DNA of 64,000 nucleotides, taken from contig NC_043001.1 of the NCBI RefSeq assembly GCF_006345805.1, positions 63,178,001 to 63,242,000 on the forward strand, given 5' to 3'. Below, piece after piece: positions 1 to 11,479 of this stretch. Within the stretch, counting starts at the first letter, position 1. Each line of letters opens with the position of its first letter. The translations under genes were made by a program, and so were the position numbers. Source of the stretch: Octopus sinensis. Lineage: Eukaryota. The notes below the pieces were generated by a model that had not been told where the DNA came from, did not search any database, and saw nothing but the letters and a program-made list of their open reading frames with translations.

Positions 1-625
1 GAACATAGCCGCCTGGACTACTGCTCCCAACTGTGGTCACCGCATAGTGTCAAACTAACCACAGAGCTTGAGACAATCCAAAGACATTTCACCAAGAGGA
101 TTTCCACCATGAAAGAAAAGAAACTATTGGGAGAGGCTTAGGGAACTCAATTTGTACTCCTTGGAACGAAGACGAGAGAGATATGCAGTGATATACATAT
201 GGAAAATCCTGGAGGGACTAGCACCAAATTTTGGAATTGAGAGCTGTTCCAATCCCCGTACAGGACGTCACTGTGTGGTGCCAAAGGTCCCGTCTTCCAC
301 ATCCAGGGTAAGGAGCAGATACTGTAATAGCCTGGGGTTCAGGGGCCCTCAGCTGTTCAACAAACTGCCAAGAAAACTAAGAGATCTACATGATGCGGAT
401 GTGGACATTTTCAAAAAACATCTAGACAAGCTGCTTTCCGGGATCCCAGATGAACCCACTGCAAGGTACGAAGGTAACCTAAGGGCAGCAGCTACAAACT
501 CTCTCTTAGATCAGTGGCCAGCCACGGCAAACTGGACTTAGAGCTTAGAGAGGGTAGCAACAAGGGCGGTGCCCCAGCATGGCCTCGCGGAGGCTGCTGA
601 AACAAGTAAAAGAGTAAAAGAGTAT
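1..625 (+). mobile_element. 3' end of a CR1/L2/Jockey-group LINE (C-terminal part of RT ORF, 3' UTR and short-repeat tail)
   Basis: Reading frame from base 1: ..LDYCSQLWSPH..ELETIQRHFTKRI..YWERLRELNLYSLERRRER..; stop at 541; tail gtaaaaga-gtaaaaga. Confidence 0.85.
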
Positions 626-994
626 ACATATATATAATATATATATACATATGTATATATATAATATGTATATATATGCATATATATATGTATACATATA
701 TATATATATATATACATATGTATAGATATGATATATATATGTATAAGATATATATATATAAGGTATAGATATATGTTATATATACATATGTATTACATAT
801 ATATATATATATGTATATATATATGTATATATATACATATGTATATATATGTATATATATACATATGTATATATATGTATATATATATGTATACATATAT
901 ATATATATGTTATATATATGTATATATATACATATGTATATATATGTATGTATATATATGTATATATATATATGTATACATATATATATATATA

Positions 995-1053
<59 letters not shown>

Positions 1054-1064
1054 TGTATATATAT

Positions 1065-1095
<31 letters not shown>
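622..1095. repeat. (TA)n/(TATG)n compound microsatellite
   Basis: About 470 bp of near-pure TA with interspersed G/C. Confidence 0.97.
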
Positions 1096-1096
<1 letters not shown>

Positions 1097-3481
1097 CTGC
1101 ATATCACACTGTGATTTCGTAATCAGTGCAGTTTTATACACTTTTCACTCCTCAGTGCAAGCATAATTCAAGATATATAATGAATAAACAAAAACAACAT
1201 ACCAAGCGAACAGCTATCGTATCCAATGCAGCATGTAGGAATGTTTACCCCTTATACATCTATGTGAATGGCAGGCTTTTTCGAATTGCATTTCGGTAAC
1301 AATGTGGTTATTTGGAATAAAAATTCATTATTGAATATACTCCGGTTAAACTTACAATTAAAAAATAGGATAAAATCTTCATAAGAATTTATCAAGTAGT
1401 TAGCATGAAAAGCCTCATAAGAGAAAAAAAAAAACCATCAATTTTTTTTCTTTTAAATATATTTATTTATATTATATAGAGGGCATTATTACACATAAAT
1501 GCCACATGCTAGGAGGGACTTTTAAAGTCAAAACTACTAAAATAAATAAACACATCGTACGTAGTGAAACCAACTCTCGAAGCAAGTCATTTAAAAACAG
1601 AATTTAACTGCATATCACACTGAGTGGGGTTCAAGAAAAGGATAGAAATATGAGGTTGAAGGGAAGGAAGATAAAAGAAAAGATTGAAAAGTGAAAAGAT
1701 AAGACAAACTAGGGGTCTGAAGTAAATGCTAGACACTGGTCAAGTAGTAAAAGGATAAAAGTTTGGATAGATAAAAAAAATTGGATAGCCTTTTGGTGCC
1801 AAAACATGAAGGAAGAGAGACAGAGTGGAGTATAGAAGGTTGGGGGGGGGAGCATGTAGGAAGAGAAAGAGGGGATTAAAGATAGACAGTGGGCAGTTGA
1901 CAGAAATGTACAGAGGAAGAAATGGAAGGTAGTAAAGAGAGAAAGGCAGCAGATAGGCAGAGAGAGAAAGAGAGAGGCAGATAGAAATAGATGGGGAAGA
2001 CTTTGTGCACATCTTTATCAGTAAACATTTTGGACTTTTTAAAATTTATTTTTGTATTTTGTTCTTGTTTTGAGAAGAAACATAACTTCAAGCAACTTTT
2101 TACAGATGAGTTTTTAGATACTATCTTCTAAACCTGGCAAAGTATGTTGGAGGTGCAAACTTTGATTTTGCATCCCCCCAAAATTTTAGTGGGTGCAAGC
2201 CACACACCCTGCACCCCCTGTTCCTGGGCCCTTGGTTGTATTGGTTTGCCTTTCCTTTCAACATCATTGGTGGCATGGAAAGAAGAGGCTGACTTATTAT
2301 GGACAACTAGTATTCTCTTTTACAAGAAAAACATGCCAAGGTTAGTGTTTTAAAAATTCAGTTAGTTGTGAGTAAAGGAAGCCATATATACATATATATA
2401 ATTAAAATGTATATAATCTTTATATCTATCTTCTTGCATGTATGTTGTGCCTGTACCTTGGCTGCAAAGCAACAATGCCTAGAACTTGGTACAAAGTCAG
2501 TTATGTAGCTTTACTAGTAATAAACAAAACAATGTATCAATACATATACTACTACATATATTGAAATCTATTTCTCTTGTTTGTATTCTCAAACATATAA
2601 CCATCACCACTATATGTTGTAGAGTTAATACTCTAATAATTAACCCAGTTCAATATGTATGTGGATCATCAGTATGCTGGAAGAAAGAAGCCTGCTTGGT
2701 CATACTCCCCACCATTCCTTCTAGCACAGTGATACAATAATTATTAAATCAATTCTAGCCACGTATTGGTTGAATATATTTTGTATTTTAGCGGTTTTTG
2801 CTGTTGTGAAGAAGCTTTTATGGATGAGTGCCAAGTTCCTGTTTGTTTTTCTGCAAATTCTCACTTCCACTACAAATGCATACTGCATGTATTAGCTACA
2901 AAAATAGATGAAAGAAAAGCTGTAACTGTGATAACTAGTTATTTCCATAACACTTGTCTTCTTGAAACCTTTAGAGAACCATCAATGGTTGTGGGAGTCA
3001 AATTGCCATTCAGCTGACTGCAGATATGCAGACTTTCCCGGCTATTATAGTCCATTAGAATGGGTGGGAAATATAAGAACAAACAAACTGTATAAAGATA
3101 TTGAAATATGTCTACATCTTGTTGATGTTTAACATTTAAAACATTTTAGTATTTGTTTTGCTGTTGTTATTTTGATGGAAATTTGTTAAGACAAATTTAT
3201 TTACTCTGACCTCTGATTTCCTTCTCTGTGACTGTTCCTCTCCCCTCCCTGCCATTGATTACACCTCTATTATTCACTGCATTCACTTCTATACTCATCT
3301 CCATCTTTTGTCATTCCCCTTTCACACTCTTGCAAACTTACCCACTCACTCCTTCTGATCCTCTGAACCCTGTTCTCTCTTACATTCATCTTGTATCTTG
3401 AGGCATGCCCTGACACTTTATTTCCACCATTTTCCTTTTCAGCAAGACACCTGTTTCTTATTTGTTTATTGCCCACAATGG

Positions 3482-3690
3482 ACTAAACATAGAGGGGACA
3501 AACAAGGATGGACGAAGGGTTTGAGTCAATTACATTGACCCCAGTGCGTAACTGGTACTTAATTTATCGACCCCAAAAGGATGAAAGACAAAGTTGACCT
3601 CAGCAGAATTTGAACTCAGTACGTAACGGCAGACGAAATGCCGCTAAGCATTTTGCCCGGTGTGCTAACGTTTCTGCCAGCTCGCCACCT
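3482..3690 (-). mobile_element. tRNA-derived SINE, family B (ggcgagctggcagaaacgttagc...)
   Basis: Reverse complement matches the copies at 41700, 53318, 53548 and 60992; B-box-like gagttcaaattc. Confidence 0.85.
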
Positions 3691-3829
3691 TAACAGCAAG
3701 ACACCTGTTTCTGTCACTCTATCATGCTTAGTTTCCCAACACCTGGCACAAAGCTACATCTCTCAATACTACATCTCCACTCAGTTGAGGGGAATTTTTA
3801 ATGTTGTGAATTACTTGGTGACCTCACTA

Positions 3830-4290
3830 GTGTTGGTGTAATAAGAAATGCACCCAGTACATTCTGAAAAGTGGTTGGTGTTAGGAAGGGTATCCAACTG
3901 TTGAAACCTTGCTAAAACAGACTGGAGCTTGATGTGGACCTGTTGCTCCTCATCAGATGTTATTGAGCTGTTCAAGCAATACCAGCATGAAAAACAGATG
4001 TTAATGATGATGATGTTTCAATTGTTGCCCTGTGGCCATGCTAGGGCACTACCAAAAATTGTATTTGATCATATCAATTCTCAAACTTATTTCACTGGGG
4101 TATTTGCAGACATACTGTTTAAAGCTGTTTAAAGAAGTGAGGATTGCTTAATATGGCTGGAAGTTTTAGAAAAGAGGGACCCAGGAAGACATGGGGTGAA
4201 ATGGGGAAGGCTGACCTCAGGACCCTGAGCCTCACAGAGGAGATGACAAAGAACTGGGATGTCTGCTGATATGGAAAAGACCCACCTGCC
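3830..4290 (+). mobile_element. RTE LINE fragments (3' UTR copy, then C-terminal coding remnant)
   Basis: gtggttggtgttaggaagggtatccaactg matches the RTE 3' UTR at about 48350; 4170-4260 reads RGTQEDM/PRKTW-like as at about 47935. Confidence 0.6.
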
Positions 4291-5414
4291 ACAGTGAAAC
4301 TGAGTTTTGGGAGTCCTATGTGCATTATGCTCTCCACCCACATTACAGTGACTTTTTCTCCTCACCCCCAAATGAACCAAATTTCCTCCCATTATGCACT
4401 ATCCCTGCCTTTTTCTTTTCCTGCAGATTACCCAACCATATCATTTCTCTCTCTTGTTATCCCCCTACCAACTGTATCATCATTACTATCTTGTTGCACA
4501 CTCCCCACTCCCTTTTGTGTCCTTGTATGTTCCTTACTCAGTGTTCATCCACCCTTCAGCCCTGCTCAGATTTTACAGTGTCTCTCTCTAATCCCTCACT
4601 TCCTGTTCCTCATACAATCTTGCAAACCACTCACCTACCTACTTCTACTCATCACGTGACTTGTGGAACCACCTGAGCATCTCATTGTCATTATCTCTCT
4701 TTTCGGCTCCTACTCTGCCAGATCATTATCAAACTGGTGGCTTGTTATGTTCTTGAGAAAAACATCATTTCATGCCGGTCTGATGATGTGTAGAAGCTGG
4801 CATGTCAAAGAATAGACCCAAAATTTCCTGTACATGTCATAAAAGTTAACTAAAAGAGCTTGTGATAGGATTTGCATTCCAGTCTTGTGAAACCCTCACC
4901 AGCAACAACTACCCAAACAGACCCATGGGTTGGAGGGTTGTTTCTTGAGTGGTGCTAAGATGTCATCTGTCAGGAATAGGTAATCATCAACAAATGGTAG
5001 ATTCAGTGGTATTGTTGTTACAGTGTGTTCCCCCCATACTACTGCTGCTACTACTACTACTACTACTACTACATAAAAATAGATGTTATCATTGGGTCTA
5101 TGTTTGACTGAATTAGAATAATTTTTCAGTGTTATCTTGGAGATTTTGGCAGTAATTCTGTTGAAACATTTCTTTGACAAAATAAACTGCAGTCAAAAAA
5201 AATGGTTTTTCATGTTAAGGTTTTTCACTTTGAATATATCCAAGCTAAACTCTGCATTATTATCCTTAATTTACAATAAACTATGTAGCAGTGTGTTAAC
5301 TTTAATCATGCTACTGTCATTCCAAATATGCAGCCTTGCAGAAATCCTTCATATATTTCATTCTGTCAGAACTATAGAAAATGATTTCAGAGCCTGAGTG
5401 ATTGGGAAATATTG

Positions 5415-5752
5415 TTACCTTTTATCTTCTATGTGGTTTAGACTGTGGCCATGCAGGGACACTGCTTTGAAGAATTTTAGCTGGACAGTTCAACTCCAAT
5501 ATGGTTAAGTTATGGGAATGTAAACACAGCAACACTGGTTGCCAAATTAGGGTGGGAGACAAACATAGACTCAAAGACACACACACACACACATGCACGC
5601 ACGCGTGCATGATTCTGTCTACCAAATCCATTTACAAGGCTTTCATTGGCCTGAGGCCATTGTAGAAGACACTTGCCCAAAGTGCCATGCAGTGGGACTG
5701 AAACAAGAACTGTGGTTGGCAAGCGAGCTTTTTACCACACAGCCATGCCTAT
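5415..5752 (-). mobile_element. tRNA-derived SINE, family A (CORE-like), decayed
   Basis: Reverse complement of the family A head (ggctgtgtggtaa...cagtcccactgcatggcactttgggcaagtgtcttc) and tail. Confidence 0.8.
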
Positions 5753-6681
5753 ACCTATAATATAACATGATAGTTTACTTATTACTTTCATTAGGATTTT
5801 CCTACTAAACTGCTATTAACACACTACCATGAGTATCTATATAATGTAGACAGTGGGGTCTTTGTAGTATGTAGAGTCATTAGTACATTATAGAAGGTGG
5901 GGGTCTATTGGTATATTACAGGAGTCTATTGGTACATTACAGGGTGTCTGTGTCTATGTAGTATGTTGGGTTATTGATATATTATAAAGGGGTGGGGTGG
6001 ATCTGTGTAGTCTGTCATCTAGCTGATGTTCTGTTGCTGATCAATATAATTGATTGCTATTGGTCATCAAGAGTTGACCTATCTGATAAAAGAAATCAGT
6101 TAATATAATACACATAACTATTGTACTTTCAATTGTGTTATAGGTTTTTTTCACTCTGTTCTGGTATTTTATATTACAAGACTTATTCATTAATAAAAAT
6201 TGTATAAAGTGAATGGCTAATTTCTTATTTATGATGACCATATTGTTGTCATTTGTTGTTGTTGCCTGTGTATTAAAACAAAGAATTGGGCTTTGTCACT
6301 AATGTTCAACATTTTCCCCTCTTCATATTCCATGCTTCTGTGAGAATTTCTTTCTTTCATTCAATTCCAATTTCACTATTTGTGTGTGTGTATGTATTGA
6401 TGTGTGTGTAGACATATGTTTGAATATGTTTATGTGTGTGTGTATATATATATATGTGTGTGTGTGCATACACACACACACTATTTTATTAAAGCTGCAA
6501 AATCATCACAAAAACTGCTACTCAGAAATTCATATTCCCATTCATTACACAGTTGTGATCAAAATTCTTGATCACAACTGTCTAACAAACGGGAACATGA
6601 AACTCATGAGTAGCAGTTTTTGTTATGCTTTTGCAGCATTAATGAAAATGCATATTACTCTCCATCAGTATTTGAGTACTA

Positions 6682-7916
6682 TTGGGTTGGGTCATGAATA
6701 ATTTCTGTTTTTTTTAAGTAAATTGTAACGATGCATTTTGAACTTCAGATGTTTAAACTGCCATTTTTAAAGAGTATCAACTGTCATTCAGATTTAAGCA
6801 GTAAAAGCATGCACATCATTGTTTAATATTAAATTTTACTCCCCTAAAATGGATGAACTGAAAGTGCATATTCAACATGATATTTAAGAATGGAAAAAAA
6901 AACACTACAGAAACCACTAAGAAAATACACAGTGCTTATGGCAAAGGTGTCATTACTGGCTGGCAAGTGTGAAATTGATTTTCAAAGCTTTTTTTCAGAG
7001 ATTTGTCATTAAGAAATCAACTCAGACCAGGACTCTCATCAGACTTTGATCACGATGTTTTAAGAGAATTAGTGGACTTCAATCCTCATAAAAGTACTGG
7101 GGAATTAACAGTTGACCTCAACACATCTCAATCTACCATCTGCTGCCACTTGGCAAAGATAGGAAAAGTCAGCAAGCTGGGTGTTTGGGTTACCTATACT
7201 CTTAGGGATAAGAATAGGGAAGATGTCCATAGTAGCAAGTCTTCTTTCAAGGCAGAGAAATGACCCATTTTTCAATAATATTATTGCAGGTGATGAAAAA
7301 TGGGTCTTTTATGACAATGTTCAATGTAAAAGGCAGTAGAAGGATAAATCTACAAAACCTACTTCAAAGGTTGAACTCCATAGAAGGAAGGTTATGTCGT
7401 GTATATGGTGGGATAACTGCAGTATCATTAATTTTGAGTTTTTAAACTGCAATCAAACACTAATGCTAACTTATACTCTCAACAGCTGCTATGTGTGCAT
7501 GAAAATCTTTTAAGAAACCACCCTGCTCTTATCAATAGGAGAAACGTTGTGCTTCACCATGATAATGCAAGACAACATTCAGCAAGAACCACACAAGATA
7601 AAATATTGGATTTGGGCTGGTCTGTTCTACCCCATCCACCATATTCACCAGTTGATTTCCATCTTTTTCACTTTCTACACAATGCTCTAATGAAGAAAAA
7701 ATTTTCTCATGAATCACGTGATGTTTATGGAAAGCTTCACCATGTTGAAACCAGCTGAATTTTACTTGAGGGGAATCAAAAAGCTACCTGATGTATGACA
7801 AGAGGTCATTCAAAATAATGGCAACTATACTGATAATTGAAAATAATTCTTTGTAAGGTTTTTTTTCATGAGAAAAGGTGTTTAACAAAAAGGGAAATTA
7901 TTTAGACTCAACCCAA
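6682..7916 (+). mobile_element. mariner DNA transposon, full length, decayed
   Basis: TA-flanked TIRs ttgggttgggtcatgaataatttc / gaaattatttagactcaacccaa; transposase remnants GVWVTYTL, GDEKWVFYDN, HHDNARQH, HPPYSP. Confidence 0.9.
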
Positions 7917-7945
7917 TATTTTTGTTTTGCATTTATATGCTTTCT

Positions 7946-7981
<36 letters not shown>

Positions 7982-9177
7982 CTAGCATTATGACCCGTTG
8001 TTGCCGGGTCATAGTGCTAGTGCATGTATATATGTGTATATATATGTGTACATATTTCATGTACATCTCTATATATACATCTACACATAAAATACAAAAT
8101 ACAAAGTTATATCTTGTTATCGCTAGTGATAACAATACTCAAAATATATAACAGACTGGAATTGTAAGCCCGTCTCTTGCAATTTCGATCAAATGTATCT
8201 TGTCCTCCCTCTTGTATAGAAGTGTGACTACAATCCAGCCTACCTCTACTGCTATGGGGGGGGGGGGGGCATTTTAAATTTTTATCCGGGATGTCCTACG
8301 TCCCAAATATAAAGGTAAAAATAAAATATTTCCACTTTGCAAATTTGAGTCGAGTACTCCCTTGCATGCTCCGTTGACTCGAACCTTGCTTCTATTGTGG
8401 CGAATTTACCGCCTCTGGTTAGATATCTTTCATAGTTGCACCAAGACACTTTTTGATGGTGCTTTCCTCCAGGTGTTCAAATCTTTTTTCTCTACATTGT
8501 ATACTTTATAGACAATAGTCTTTTCTTTAATTTAATTTTTTATTATCCATCTGGACTATTCCATTTCTGCACGCTAATTTTATTTTTAATTTATTCCCAT
8601 TCATGTGAAACCACTTATTTAAGTTCAAGTCATTGATGCAATTTTATACCAATTGCTATTTTTACTTTTGTTATGTTACGATTATATTATACATTAGTTT
8701 GATTTTAATTATTACTTACTACATATAATTCAATTGTTATTATTATTTTTATTGTTAAAGTGAAAGTATCTGACATAAAATAGAGAAATGTTTTTGTTTC
8801 ACTTTTAACACGTAATACTGAAATAGTGGAGAAGATATGATATTACTATGGGCTCGCTCTAGGCAAGAAGTTGAACATTTTTTTTTGCCCATGAAACTAC
8901 ATAGACCCTAAGTAAGGCATGTGTAAAATTTGAATGGAATTGGTTCTGTAGTTCTCAAGTTTTAGGGAATCGTAGTAGAGAAGATATGATATTGCTGTGG
9001 GCTCGCCCTAGGCAAAAAGTTAAAAATTTTATTTTGCCGATGACACTCCCCGGACCCTAAGTAATGCATGTGTAAAATTTGAATGAAATTGGTTGTGTAG
9101 TTCTCAAGTTTTAGGGAAACAGACAGACAGACAGACAGACACACACACACACACTCTCAGTTTTATATATATAGAGA
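7982..9177 (-). mobile_element. Non-autonomous Helitron
   Basis: Minus strand A|TCTCTATATATATAAAACTGAG 5' end; 3' hairpin actagcattatgacccg-ttgttgc-cgggtcatagtgctagt (7981-8021) ending CTAG|T; two ~140-bp internal subrepeats (8820-9110). Confidence 0.75.
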
Positions 9178-9183
9178 TATATA

Positions 9184-9430
9184 TCATCATCATCATCATA
9201 CATCCGTTTTTCATGCTAGCATAGGTTGGACGGTTCAACCGGGGTCTGGGAAGCCAGGAGGCTGCACCAGGCCACAATCTGATCTGGCACTCTGAGAGTG
9301 TAGTGGGTGCTTTTTACATGCCACCGGCACAGGGACCACTGGAGCTGGCATCGACCACGTTCGGATGGTGCTTTTTACATGCTACCAGCACGGTGTCACA
9401 ACTACAATTTCCATTTGATTTGATTTTGAT
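9184..9430 (-). mobile_element. 5'-truncated RTE 3' UTR copy with (ATG)n tail
   Basis: catcatcat...ttttcatgctagcataggttggacgg; same family as 48040-48490, 51670 and 63428. Confidence 0.8.
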
Positions 9431-9449
9431 ATTGCTGTTGATGTATATA

Positions 9450-9850
9450 TCTCTTATATAAAATCCGTTCTGTGTGTGTGTCTTCTCGGATCTCAGAGAT
9501 CCTCCATCCGATTGCACTCAAATTTGATATGTAGATACCAACGGTATCAGGGCATGTATTGAAAAAATTACAAACATTGATTCCAAGTGAGAATGCGATC
9601 AATAAAGCCGTTTTTGTCCTGCTTTTCTTCTGTCAACCTGTACATAACTGCACCTTCCATTTTTTGTTGTTTTTGTACTGCTTAAAGGCACGTTTCTTTC
9701 CTGCCAAGCTTACTATTTAAACCATGTTTGTGTTCTCCCAGTCAACAGCCCTATCATTACTGGTACTTTAAACTCTTCGGTTGCATATTTGTGTGAATAA
9801 AATCGTTTTTCTTTGGAATAGAAAAAAAGTCTATTTTTATTTCTTCTTTT
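9450..9850 (+). mobile_element. Probable second non-autonomous Helitron (5' part)
   Basis: A|TCTCTTATATAAAA followed by a (TG)n tract, same layout as the 9177 end; 3' end not identified. Confidence 0.5.
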
Positions 9851-10215
9851 GATGGTGTCTTAAATTTAGGTTAAATCAGTGTTTCTCAAGGGGGAGGCCT
9901 ATGGGACGGTTGGACAAGTTGTCTTGAGAAAATTTGGCTTAAATGTTTGACAACTCAGCACCATCCATTGGATGGGGGTGCATTTTGCTCATATGTATAT
10001 ATATGCACATACATTCATATACATATACACACACATACAAATATATGTGTAGAAGCAGCTGTGCAGTAAGAAGCTTGCTTCCCAACCACATGGTTCCGGG
10101 TTCAGTTCCACTATGTGGCACCTTGGTAAGTGTCTTCCACTATGGCCTCAACCAAAACCTTGTGAGTGGATTTGGTAGATGGAAACTGAAAGAAGCCCAT
10201 CATGTATATATATAT

Positions 10216-10251
<36 letters not shown>

Positions 10252-10441
10252 ATTGAGTAGTTGAATAAATTATCTTATTATGGATAATTTGGTTAACCGA
10301 TACCAGGGTAGCAAATTCACGTCAGAAAAACACGTTTGAAGCTATATGCCTAGGGCAGAGATCACGTGCTATCGTGTGGAAATTTGTGTGTTTTTTTAAA
10401 TACAAATAAATGAAAGAATGGAGTTGAATGACGAATTAACA

Positions 10442-10546
10442 AAATTCCTTTATTTTCGACATATGTTTCGAAGGCTGCATATTCCTAATTTCGAAGGAAT
10501 AAGGGGTGCATTATGCCGCCTTCTCATCAGGAAAAACAAGGAACTT
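10442..10546 (-). ncRNA. Mirror-image minimal hammerhead ribozyme
   Basis: tcatcag 10524-10530 (CTGATGA on minus), tttc 10466-10469 (GAAA), gacatatgt stem III; all core bases intact. Confidence 0.8.
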
Positions 10547-10713
10547 ATGTCAGCATCAAGATGCACAAAAACTTTTAGATGACTGCCCACACGGAGCCCA
10601 TAGCGATAATTATCGCTATGGGCTCCGTGTGGGCAGTCATCTAAAAGTTATTATCGCTATGGGCTCCGTGTGGGCAGTCATCTAAAAGTTTTTGTGCATC
10701 TTGATGCTGACAT

Positions 10714-10818
10714 AAGTTCCTTGTTTTTCCTGATGAGAAGGTGGCATAATACACCCCTTATTCCTTCAAAATTAGGAATATGCAGCCTTCGAAACATATG
10801 TCGAAAATAAAGGAATTT
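10714..10818 (+). ncRNA. Minimal type I hammerhead ribozyme (PLE type), sense to the host gene
   Basis: CTGATGA 10730-10736; stem II gaaggtggcata/tatgcagccttc; GAAA 10791-10794; stem III AC-ATAT-GT; GTC cleavage triplet 10800-10802; stem I aagttcctt-gt-ttttc / gaaaa-ta-aaggaattt. Confidence 0.8.
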
Positions 10819-11479
10819 TGTTAATTCGTCGTTCAACTCCATTCTTTCATTTATTTGTATATATATGTATACATATATACACACATACATATACATTTGA
10901 GTGTCTGTGTTTGTTCCCCCCCCCCATCGCTTGGCAGCTGATGCTGTTGTGTTTATGTCCCTGTAACTTAGCGGTTCAGCAAAAAAGACCAATAGAGTAA
11001 GTACTAGGCTTACAATGAATAATTCCTGGGATCAATTTGCTTGACTAAAGGTGGTGCTCCAGCATGACTGCAGTCAAATGACTGAAAAAGAATAAAAGAA
11101 AAGAATATACATGTATGTGTATATATGTATATGAGTGTATGTGCATATATATGTGTGTGTGTATATATATGTATATGTACATACATACATACATATATAT
11201 ATATATAGACAACATATTCTGACTATAAAATAGTGTACATTTAAACACAAGAGAAACTACCTTTAACAGGTAGTTTTACATGCTAGAAGAAGCAATCAAA
11301 ATGACCAAAACCCCATTTAAGAGCAATTTCAAAGGGAATGAAAAATAAAAACTTTTACCTTGTGTTTAAATCTACACTATTTTATATTGAGAATATGCTG
11401 TCTATTGACATTTTATACATGCTAGGCTGCTGGTAGTGAAATTTCTAAAAATTTTCGCTACCCTATATATTTTACGTGT

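Larger units (their letters stand above)
10400..10860. repeat. Zero-spacer palindrome, 210-bp arms, with a 41-bp tandem duplication just right of the centre; Penelope pLTR-like
   Basis: Centre gcgataa|ttatcgc at 10609/10610; 10610-10650 repeated from 10651; arms differ at 4 positions, 3 of them at CpG. Confidence 0.95.
10050..11105 (+). mobile_element. Family A SINE split at its central TA tract by the ribozyme-palindrome insertion
   Basis: Head at 10050-10210 (gctgtgcagtaagaagcttgc...ggttcagttccact), tail at 10890-11105 (...ggtggtgctccagcatgactgcagtcaaatgactgaaa); compare the intact copy at 34030-34420. Confidence 0.8.

Noticed and set aside
492-1141. Y/I/M-rich ORFs on both strands
   Set aside because: Translations of a (TA)n microsatellite; no protein signal.
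2460-3020. Hydrophobic ORFs that might be a host exon
   Set aside because: No recognisable homology or consistent splice frame.
9868-9960. hAT-type MITE ends (cagtgtttctcaa; also ttgagaaatgctg near 18495)
   Set aside because: Single TIR-like ends without a matching partner or 8-bp TSD.
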